DNA of 56,418 nt from assembly GCA_051382295.1 (NCBI GenBank), contig JBBCAW010000054.1, forward strand, positions 1 through 56,418. Direction: 5' to 3'. The notes beneath the pieces were generated by a model, which saw nothing but the letters and a program-made list of their open reading frames with translations, had not been told where the DNA came from and ran no database searches. The translations under genes were made by a program, and so were the position numbers. Positions 48,830 through 56,418 of this stretch are shown piece after piece. The DNA is from Bdellovibrionota bacterium FG-1 (GTDB lineage: Bacteria > Bdellovibrionota > UBA1018). Each line of letters begins with the position of its first letter. Position 1 is the first letter of the stretch.

Positions 48830-48858
48830 TACCAATTATATTGGTAATATTACCAATA
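48830..48858. promoter_or_regulatory. Operator-like palindrome upstream of the wHTH gene
   Basis: Perfect 20-bp palindrome TATTGGTAATATTACCAATA (48839-48858) plus a third TACCAAT half-site (48830-48836). Confidence 0.7.
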
Positions 48859-49136
48859 CTTTTGTAAAAGCCAAGTATCTTTTAAGACATCCAATCGCCA
48901 TCGGAGTGAACTCTTAACAAGACACTCCATTTCTGGCGGGCATCCCCTACAGGTTTCGGCAATTCCCTACACTTAAGGCCTGGCACACCCCCTGTATAAC
49001 GCCATACAACACCCAACCCAAGGAGAACTTTTATGCCCTCGGCAACCTATCTGAAATCAAGCCTAAACCTCGCCATCGTTTTGAAGATGCTTTTAAGAAA
49101 CTAGTTCAAGTTGGAATTCCCGCGGACCAAAACCTA

Positions 49137-49400
49137 AACGCCCCAGACTGGGTTTGTGAAGTGCTTTCTGACAGCACCGCACGCCTGGACCGTGTTAAAA
49201 AGCTGCCCATTTACGCCCGGGAAAAAGTGAGTTTTGTGTGGCTCATTGATCCGAGCGCAAAAACATTGGAAATTTACCGCCATCAGGGGCAAGAAGGCTC
49301 GGGATGGATACTCCTCAATACCTTTGCCGACGATGAACGAATCCGAGCCGCTCCCTTTGATGCCATCGAATTAGATTTAAATGCGCTTTGGCTGGAGTAG
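49137..49400 (+). pseudogene. Uma2 family endonuclease, C-terminal half only
   Basis: APDWVCEVLSDSTARLDRVKKLPIYA...VWLIDP..KTLEIY...PFDAIELDL.ALW; N-terminal half and an in-frame ATG are absent. Confidence 0.8.
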
Positions 49401-49422
49401 TGTATTTTTGTTTGAATTCGAC

Positions 49423-49520
49423 TAGATCGGCAAACAGTGGGTATGACTCACTCTTTGCCGATCTATCTGATTTTACGTAGATCGGCAAAGAGTCCTTGCT
49501 GTTCACTCTCTGCCGATCTA
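49423..49520. repeat. Four alternating-orientation copies of 16-mer TAGATCGGCAAAGAGT (two tandem inverted repeats)
   Basis: 49423-49438 (+), 49450-49465 (-), 49478-49493 (+), 49505-49520 (-); spacers 11/12/11 bp. Confidence 0.92.
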
Positions 49521-49530
49521 TACTGTTTTT

Positions 49531-51003
49531 ATGTTCTTGGGACGAGCTTACGAAGCCAATATCATCCATTCCGCAATCGCATCCAAACGTGCCGAATTAG
49601 GGATCGTGTATGGCCGCCGGCGGGTGGGCAAGAGCAGTCTGCTGAAGCACCTCCAGCAAACTCAAGCTGATCTTTACTTCGAAGGGCTGGAAGGACTCCA
49701 GCAAGCAGCACAAATCACCCATTTTGTGGACCAACTCGCCCAGCAAACCCGCACCGTTCCAGCACGAGCGCAATCCTGGAAGGACGCCTTCGACGCCTTC
49801 ACCCCCTTCGTAGCCAAGGGCCGCCATTACGTCGTCTTCGATGAATTTCCTTGGATGGCCAGTGAACGTTCCGAACTCGTCTCGCTCCTGAAATTTTACT
49901 GGGATCAGTACTGGAAAAACAACCATGGTCTCACGCTTGTGCTATGCGGTTCAGTGGCGCAATTCATGGTCAAGCACCTGGTTCACTCGCGGGCGTTACA
50001 CAACCGAAAAACCTTCGAAATCAAGCTCAATCCGCTACCAGCCCACGAAGCACGACTCTTTTTCAAGGGGCTTCGATCTGATTTTGAGATCGCCAAATTT
50101 CTCATGATCTTCGGTGGGATTCCCAAATACCTCGAACAACTCGACCCATCCCGATCGTTGAGTGACAATTTGGATCGCCTTTGTTTTCAGAAAAATGGCT
50201 TTTTTGTCAACGAGTTCGAAACCGTTTTCAAAGAACAGTTCAGAGTCACCAAAACCTACGAAGAGATCACCCGCGTACTCGCAAAAAGTAGCCTATCCAA
50301 AGAAAATATCGCCCAAAAACTGAAACAGGCACCGGGAGGTGGTTTGACAAGCTATCTCAAAAACCTTGAAAATGCGGACTTTGTCACTCGTTTTTCGCCT
50401 CTCCCTCTCAAAGCTCAATCTGAAACGAAAACCGTGAAATACGTCCTTTCGGACGAATGGCTCCGATTTTACTTCACTTACATGGATCCTCATCTCTCCT
50501 CGATTCGATCCAATACTCGAAGAGGGCTATTCGACAGCATCACCGCAAGCAGTATTGATACTTATTTTGGACTCGCCTTCGAGCGCCACTGTTTCAAAAA
50601 CATCCCCAACCTCCTTGATCAACTCGAAATCCCCCCCCATGAAATGCTCGGCTATGGGCCATTCTTTCGCCAAGCTCCCCGATCTCGTAGTCTGCGTAAA
50701 AAAGAACACGGAGCAGAAGGTCTTCAAATTGACATCGTCATTCATCGCCGGGGGCACGTTCTTTCAATCGCTGAATGTAAATTCTCTTCGAACCCGGTCG
50801 GGATGGAAGCAGTCACGGAGGTAGAAAGAAAGCTCGCACTGTTGCATGCCCCAAAAAAGTATAGCATTGAGCGGATCCTGATCGCAGCGAATGGGGTCAC
50901 CCCGCAGCTTGAGCAAGCCGGTTATTTTCACCAGATCCTGGGACTAGACGCGCTATTAACGGCACCTACCTCGGTACCACCACCACGACGGCCCCGCTCT
51001 TAA
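49531..51003 (+). CDS. ATPase_2 (archaeal-type) ATPase + wHTH + DUF234-like PD-(D/E)XK domain protein
   Basis: MFLGR..E, YGRRRVGKS, VFDEFPW, LCGS, GGIPKYLE, LAFE, QIDIV...IAECKF. Confidence 0.88.
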   Translation: MFLGRAYEANIIHSAIASKRAELGIVYGRRRVGKSSLLKHLQQTQADLYFEGLEGLQQAAQITHFVDQLAQQTRTVPARAQSWKDAFDAFTPFVAKGRHYVVFDEFPWMASERSELVSLLKFYWDQYWKNNHGLTLVLCGSVAQFMVKHLVHSRALHNRKTFEIKLNPLPAHEARLFFKGLRSDFEIAKFLMIFGGIPKYLEQLDPSRSLSDNLDRLCFQKNGFFVNEFETVFKEQFRVTKTYEEITRVLAKSSLSKENIAQKLKQAPGGGLTSYLKNLENADFVTRFSPLPLKAQSETKTVKYVLSDEWLRFYFTYMDPHLSSIRSNTRRGLFDSITASSIDTYFGLAFERHCFKNIPNLLDQLEIPPHEMLGYGPFFRQAPRSRSLRKKEHGAEGLQIDIVIHRRGHVLSIAECKFSSNPVGMEAVTEVERKLALLHAPKKYSIERILIAANGVTPQLEQAGYFHQILGLDALLTAPTSVPPPRRPRS

Positions 51004-51643
51004 TCCGAACCTGCGTGGGCTTTCCAGCCAAGGTCTGATTACTCAAGCCCTGTGAACCCGCCTCCAATGCCGCATTGTTCAACGCAAACCGCACACCACT
51101 GAGACTCACGCCACGTGTGACACCTTGGAGCGAAAAGACCGAGAGCAAGCGAGCTTTTTTAAACATCGAATGCCAAGACAAAATCTTTTTTGAAAGAAAA
51201 AAGTAATCCGCCTCCGGGCCGTACGCCGAAACCGCCGCCAAAGATCCATATTTGCCCGCCGAAAAAGCACTCAAATCCAAAAGCGCCGCCAAATGGTGAT
51301 CCGGTCGACCTCCTGTCACGCCCAGGCAAATCAACTCCGTGGCCCCTGCCTGAACGACCGCACGAAGCGCATAAAACAGGTCACTCGCGTCTTTATCGCG
51401 TGGGAGCGTCAAATGATGAAGGCTCTTGAGCAAACGCTCCACACCCTTGCCACCGCTTTCACGGAGACTGTCCCAATCGCCCACAGCAAGCTGGGGTTTA
51501 TATCCCAGCTCCAAAGTCGCATGAACCCCACCATCCACCGCAACGAGCAAATCCTGCGCAGGATTAAATTTGAGATCGACCAAGACTTTCTTACTGTGCA
51601 CTGGATCCGCCCCCGGAGAAGCGCCGATCAAAAATGCCCGCAT
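50966..51643 (-). CDS. thiN: Thiamine pyrophosphokinase
   Basis: AVDGG, VGDWDS, KDASDL, GGRPDH, GLSNQ. Confidence 0.9.
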   Translation of the reverse strand: MRAFLIGASPGADPVHSKKVLVDLKFNPAQDLLVAVDGGVHATLELGYKPQLAVGDWDSLRESGGKGVERLLKSLHHLTLPRDKDASDLFYALRAVVQAGATELICLGVTGGRPDHHLAALLDLSAFSAGKYGSLAAVSAYGPEADYFFLSKKILSWHSMFKKARLLSVFSLQGVTRGVSLSGVRFALNNAALEAGSQGLSNQTLAGKPTQVRIKSGAVVVVVPR

Positions 51644-51648
51644 GACGA

Positions 51649-54513
51649 CTACGGCTCCAACTGCTTCAAGCGCGCTTGCCCGGCCTCGAGTTCTTTGCGC
51701 TTGAGCAAAAGCTCTTGCACCCGGTGCTCTTCTTTAGCAACGAGATCAGGGGGTGCTTTAGCGCGAAAAGTCTCTTTGGAAAGCTTGTTATTGATGAAAT
51801 CGATATCTGAGGTCACCTTTTCGATTTCTTTTTGGATTCGCTTGGATTCTTCCTCAACATTCACGAGGCCTTTGAGACTGATTCTAAATTCAATCGGAGG
51901 ATTAGAAATTGGAATCACGGATTCCGCTTCAGCAGCGATCGTCTTTTGATCCACACGGTCTAAAGACGAAATCTTAGCTAGACCCTGGATCGTTTCGCGA
52001 TACATCCGAATGAACGCATCGCCCGCCGAAGTCGCGACCACATAGCGAACCGGAAACTCGACTTTAGGTGAAATATTATTTTCACCTCTAAAGTTGCGAA
52101 GGGCTTCGATCATCGTTTTCAAAGTGTCGATGGTTTTTTCGGCTTCGGGGTCCCGAAAAGCCGCAAAGGGCTCAGGATACGCCTGAAGCATCAAAGTGTA
52201 GATGCCAGGCTTACCGGCCGCTCGACGAGCCGCGGGCAAAGCAGGGCGCTTCCAGGGAAGGGACTGCCAGAGTTCTTCAGTCACAAACGGCATAAACGGA
52301 TGCAAAAGTCTGAGAAGCGCCTCAAGCACGTGCCTGAGCGTATAAACCGTCTGAAGTCTCAGATTTCCGTCTTCTTTCAGCGGAAGCTTAGCTAACTCGA
52401 TGTACCAATCGCAAAACTCGCGCCAGGTAAAATCATAAAGCGCTTGAGCGGCCTCATTAAGCTCGAAATTAGCCAAGCCTTTTTCGACCCCAATAATCAC
52501 CGTCTGAAGTCTCGACAAAATCCACCGATTTTGGGCCAAAAGCTCAACTTGATGGTGAGCCAACCAGCGACCGGCGCCGCCTTTGGGCTCAGGGATTGGA
52601 TCACGTGAATTGCCGGCCTGGTCTTTCTCTTCCATCTGAAGATGGAAAAATTTGACGGCGTTCCAAATCTTGTTAGCAAAAGCTCGGTATCCCTCGACTC
52701 GATCGAGCGAAAGTTTAATGTCCCGCCCCTGGCCCGCCATCGCGGCCAGCGTAAAACGCAGACTATCGGTGCCATGCTGATCAATCACGACGAGCGGATC
52801 AATCACGTTGCCGCGAGTCTTAGACATCTTCTCGCCCTTATCGTCGCGAACCATCGCATGGAGATACACTTTGCGAAAAGGGACATCCCCCATGAAGTGC
52901 AGCCCCATCATGATCATCCGGGCGACCCAGAAAAAGATGATATCAAAACCTGTCTCTAAGATAGCGGTCGGATAAAAAGTCTCGAGCGCCTGGGTTTCTT
53001 GCGGCCAACCCAAAGTCGAAAACGGCCAAAGCGCCGAGCTAAACCAGGTGTCCAGTACGTCTTCGTCTTGTCGGAGCGTTCGATCGCCGCAAATCTGGCA
53101 TGCGGCCGGCGCCGTACGCGCAACCGAGATGTGGTCTTGAGTGCAATACCAGGCCGGAATCTGATGTCCCCACCAGAGTTGGCGCGAAATACACCAATCC
53201 CGAATATTGTACATCCACTCAAAATAGGTTTTTTCCCAGGTTTTTGGCGAAAACTGAATCCGGCCGGATTCAACTGCCTCAATCGCAGGCTTGGCTAGCG
53301 GCTCGATTTTGACAAACCACTGCTTCGACATGATAGGCTCAGCCACCGTGTCACAACGTTGGCACAAACCTACTTTGTGTCCGTGATCCTCGACCTTGAC
53401 CAATAAGCCTTGGGTTTTGAGATCGTCAACGACCTGAGCGCGTGCTTCACTGACGCCACCCTGACCACCCAAAAATTTGAGTCCGGCATACGCGCCGGCC
53501 TCCGGGGTCAGGCGTCCGTCTTTGCCCATCACTTGGATGATCTCTAGGCTGTGTCTCTTTCCGAGCTCATAGTCATTGAAGTCATGAGCAGGCGTGACCT
53601 TGAGAGCGCCACTGCCAAATTCACGGTCGACATAAGTATCGGTGACGACCGGAATCACTCGTCCCAAAAGCGGCAAGAGCGCCTTTTTGCCATGCAAATG
53701 AAGATAACGCTCATCTTCAGGATGGACCGCGACCGCCGTATCGCCCAGCAAAGTCTCAGGCCGCGTGGTAGCAATCACCAGTTCAGCAGGAGTTCCATCG
53801 AGATTATTAACGGCATTTCCGGCGTCATCGACAATCTTGTAAACAATATGCCAGAAAAAACCTTTGCGCTCGGTAGGGACCACTTCAAGATCCGAAAGCG
53901 CGGTCTGACAGCGCGGACACCAGTTGATAATGCGCTCGCCTCGATAAATCAGGCCTTCACCGTGGAGGCGAACAAAAACTTCACGCACCGCGGACGAAAG
54001 CCCTTCGTCCATCGTAAAGCGTTCGCGCTTCCAATCGAGCGAAGAGCCCAGACGTTTGAGCTGGTGGGTGATTTGACCGCCGTATTCGTCTTTCCACTTC
54101 CAGGTACGCGCGACAAAAGCCTCGCGCCCTAAATCGTGGCGAGTCAATGGCCGGCCGGAAGGACCTTTGCCTTCTTTGGCGAGCTGTTTTTCAACCACGG
54201 TTTGAGTAGCAATGCCCGCGTGATCCGTACCCGGCAACCAAAGCGTGTTGTCACCCTTCATTCGCCGCCAACGCACAAGAATATCCTGGATGGTGTTGGT
54301 CAGAGCATGCCCCATGTGGAGCGCACCCGTGACATTGGGCGGAGGAATCACCATCGAGAAAGCGGCCTGCCCGGGTGCATTCTGATCAGCGGCCTCAAAA
54401 CAGCCATTTTCAGTCCAAAAACGATAAAGCTCCGCCTCAAAACCAGCGGGTTCGTAGCTTTTGGTTAACAAACGATCCGGCAACCGAACAGGTTCTTTTT
54501 CAGACATATTCAT
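51649..54513 (-). CDS. valS: Valine--tRNA ligase
   Basis: PPPNVTGALHMGH, GTDHAGIATQ, ATTRPET, DWCISRQLWWGH, KMSKT, C-terminal coiled coil. Confidence 0.98.
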   Translation of the reverse strand: MNMSEKEPVRLPDRLLTKSYEPAGFEAELYRFWTENGCFEAADQNAPGQAAFSMVIPPPNVTGALHMGHALTNTIQDILVRWRRMKGDNTLWLPGTDHAGIATQTVVEKQLAKEGKGPSGRPLTRHDLGREAFVARTWKWKDEYGGQITHQLKRLGSSLDWKRERFTMDEGLSSAVREVFVRLHGEGLIYRGERIINWCPRCQTALSDLEVVPTERKGFFWHIVYKIVDDAGNAVNNLDGTPAELVIATTRPETLLGDTAVAVHPEDERYLHLHGKKALLPLLGRVIPVVTDTYVDREFGSGALKVTPAHDFNDYELGKRHSLEIIQVMGKDGRLTPEAGAYAGLKFLGGQGGVSEARAQVVDDLKTQGLLVKVEDHGHKVGLCQRCDTVAEPIMSKQWFVKIEPLAKPAIEAVESGRIQFSPKTWEKTYFEWMYNIRDWCISRQLWWGHQIPAWYCTQDHISVARTAPAACQICGDRTLRQDEDVLDTWFSSALWPFSTLGWPQETQALETFYPTAILETGFDIIFFWVARMIMMGLHFMGDVPFRKVYLHAMVRDDKGEKMSKTRGNVIDPLVVIDQHGTDSLRFTLAAMAGQGRDIKLSLDRVEGYRAFANKIWNAVKFFHLQMEEKDQAGNSRDPIPEPKGGAGRWLAHHQVELLAQNRWILSRLQTVIIGVEKGLANFELNEAAQALYDFTWREFCDWYIELAKLPLKEDGNLRLQTVYTLRHVLEALLRLLHPFMPFVTEELWQSLPWKRPALPAARRAAGKPGIYTLMLQAYPEPFAAFRDPEAEKTIDTLKTMIEALRNFRGENNISPKVEFPVRYVVATSAGDAFIRMYRETIQGLAKISSLDRVDQKTIAAEAESVIPISNPPIEFRISLKGLVNVEEESKRIQKEIEKVTSDIDFINNKLSKETFRAKAPPDLVAKEEHRVQELLLKRKELEAGQARLKQLEP

Positions 54514-54531
54514 GAAGGAAACTGTTGAACC

Positions 54532-55101
54532 TCAATGCTGGTGATGACTATCGTCATCGTGGTCATGATCACATCCACAACCGTGATCCTCATCGTGGTC
54601 ATGATGGTCATGGCCGTGACCCTCTGGACCGTGTGCGTGGCCATGTTCTTTTTCTTCTTCGGAGGCGTCCCGCATGGAAAGCACTTCGACATCGAAGTGA
54701 AGTGTTTGACCAGCCAAAGGATGATTGCCGTCAATTCTGACCTGATCCCCTTCGATCGCTTCAACGGTAAAAACAACGCCTTGCCCATCCGGTCCATTGG
54801 CTTCGAATTGCATACCGGCCTGGATGTTCACGTCCGTAGGAAATTGGGCACGGCCAACGCTGAGCTTGAGGTCGGAATTAACTTCGCCATAACCGTCAGC
54901 AGGAGAGACTTCAACCTTCTTCTTTTCACCGACCTTCAGCCCCTCGAGCGCCATTTCTAGGCCCGGAACAATTTGTTGCGCGCCATGAAGGTAGGTGAAC
55001 GGAGCTTCTCGATCCGATTGATCCAAAACCTCCCCTTTTGTATTGCGCAGGAAATAGAGAAGATCGACCACTTTGCCGTTAGAAATCTGTAGATTTGACA
55101 T
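54532..55101 (-). CDS. slyD: FKBP-type peptidyl-prolyl isomerase SlyD
   Basis: YLHGAQQIVPGLE, DGYGE, DGNHPLAGQTLHF, His-rich tail. Confidence 0.95.
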   Translation of the reverse strand: MSNLQISNGKVVDLLYFLRNTKGEVLDQSDREAPFTYLHGAQQIVPGLEMALEGLKVGEKKKVEVSPADGYGEVNSDLKLSVGRAQFPTDVNIQAGMQFEANGPDGQGVVFTVEAIEGDQVRIDGNHPLAGQTLHFDVEVLSMRDASEEEKEHGHAHGPEGHGHDHHDHDEDHGCGCDHDHDDDSHHQH

Positions 55102-55209
55102 AAACCCTTTACGTAACATTGAATGGAATTTTTTGCCAATTTTTGAAAGGAAACAGTAATTTGTTTTGTGAAATCAGAAGGTTGTCTGCACAAAAAGACT
55201 CAACACCTT

Positions 55210-56418
55210 TCACAGACACCCATACTCCCTCACTTGATTCCAGCTGACATACTCCGGGTCTGAAGCCCTCACTACCGCGCTCTGCCCCGGTTTGTCGCAG
55301 AGCCCTTGTCCATGAGCGTCCTGCTGCAAACCTAAAGTCCACGTCGGATAACGATAGCGACGCATTTTGCCCGAAGCGACAGTCAGAGGCTCGGGTCGTC
55401 CTTGCACAAATCCGTGACTCACTCTAGACAAAGATGCGTCCGCCAATAGTTCGACAGACAACGTATTCGCACCTTGGGGCACGGCCAAATTGACATCACT
55501 TAAGAGCGATCCGGTGTGCAGCTCTAACGCGAGAAAACCCATCAGCTGGGACCGCTCGATTTTCGCGTCCCCATCAAGCAGGAGCGAAGGTTTAACAATC
55601 TGGGTGCTTTTTAAGTTTGGGTTGTCGTTGGACGCGATCAAAATCTGTTCCTGAGACGGACTTGCCGTTAATTTGCTTGAAAAAACAGCCGCGCCAGCTC
55701 GGAGTCGCACGCTATCGAATCCGGTAATTTCAGCATCTAAAAGTGCGGCACCTGGATCCAACTCGATCCGCCCTTGAAGTCGAGTGCCGACGCCCGCAAA
55801 TCCCGAGCCCGAAACCGTGGAGCCATCTAGAAGAACCGCGCCGCCTGGCAAAATTATCCCGTGGCCGCCCAAAATGATGAACACGTCACGCACTTGTTCA
55901 AGCTCTACGGCACTAAGATTTTCAAAAATTCCTTCTGATTGAGTTTTCGATTGATCAAGAATCAGAGATAAGCCCGTTATGAGTGCCGCGATCTTCGAAT
56001 GTTCGAGGTGAGGTTGATCCAGATGCATCGATTCATGGAGCAAAAACAACGCTTGCTGGCGTGATTCGAGCGCATCAAACACCTGGGCTCGAATCCAAAC
56101 GATACCTTGCTTGACGCATCCACCAGCGATTAGCTCGCCAGGAGTTTCCAAAAATCGACAGGGTAAAACTCGGGTAAACGCCGCGTCCGACACGCTTTTG
56201 TAGCGCTCAGGATGTGAAAACAGCGTCGCTGCGAGTATGTCGCGTTGATCCCCGTAGCGTTGCATGAAGTGAGCGAGCCAGGTTAATTCGCTCGAGGTTC
56301 CTGGCTTGAGCTTGAGCCGTTGATCGAGGTCTTGCGCCCGCACGGCAAAATCGGTGAGTTCGAGTAGGCCTTGTGGGTTTTCTCGCGTTAGAGCTGCACA
56401 CCGGATCGCTCTTAAGTG
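55210..56418 (-). CDS. Hypothetical protein with HEXXH motif and beta-helix-like C-terminus, 5'-partial
   Basis: Frame open to the window end; LLHESMHL; repeated short L/V..GA beta motifs. Confidence 0.65.
   Translation of the reverse strand, partial: HLRAIRCAALTRENPQGLLELTDFAVRAQDLDQRLKLKPGTSSELTWLAHFMQRYGDQRDILAATLFSHPERYKSVSDAAFTRVLPCRFLETPGELIAGGCVKQGIVWIRAQVFDALESRQQALFLLHESMHLDQPHLEHSKIAALITGLSLILDQSKTQSEGIFENLSAVELEQVRDVFIILGGHGIILPGGAVLLDGSTVSGSGFAGVGTRLQGRIELDPGAALLDAEITGFDSVRLRAGAAVFSSKLTASPSQEQILIASNDNPNLKSTQIVKPSLLLDGDAKIERSQLMGFLALELHTGSLLSDVNLAVPQGANTLSVELLADASLSRVSHGFVQGRPEPLTVASGKMRRYRYPTWTLGLQQDAHGQGLCDKPGQSAVVRASDPEYVSWNQVREYGCL

Noticed and set aside
49423..49520. Possible mini-CRISPR array
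   Set aside because: Repeats alternate in orientation, are only 16 bp with 11-12 bp spacers, and there are no cas genes in the window.
54535..54650. His/Asp-rich low-complexity repeat
   Set aside because: Normal metal-binding tail of SlyD.
51190..54960. Numerous antisense ORFs over thiN, valS and slyD (and other core genes)
   Set aside because: Opposite-strand shadows of well-supported genes, with no motifs of their own.

Overview
Bacterial chromosomal window, most likely from a Bdellovibrionota/Oligoflexia-type organism. That assignment is inferred from a TIGR02147/DUF4423 protein, many secreted or lipoprotein hypotheticals and a transglutaminase-elicitor lipoprotein. The housekeeping backbone is thyA-folA, tRNA-Pro(TGG), sodB, an inositol-lipid cluster (Gfo/Idh/MocA, ino1, CDP-alcohol transferase), tal, chrA, tatA, hpt, gpsA with a PlsB-like acyltransferase, thiN, valS and slyD. 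Three accessory blocks interrupt it. (i) A decayed ~5.1 kb island at tRNA-Pro, bounded by an 11-bp repeat of the tRNA 3' end. (ii) An orphan MotA/MotB-like stator whose MotB carries a YfaP/DUF2135-like domain instead of the OmpA domain, next to a beta-barrel gene and a divergent Ig-repeat lipoprotein. (iii) A ~13.5 kb variable region (37.5-51 kb) with two paralogous secreted proteins, decayed toxin-antitoxin modules, two ATPase-nuclease genes and a tightly packed four-gene operon: small secreted peptide, membrane-anchored peptide-binding protein, YcaO enzyme and hybrid histidine kinase. That operon is the best candidate for an undescribed system, a possible YcaO-modified peptide signalling circuit. 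No CRISPR array, rRNA or intact transposase/integrase was seen. All family calls come from reading motifs by eye; no database searches were run.
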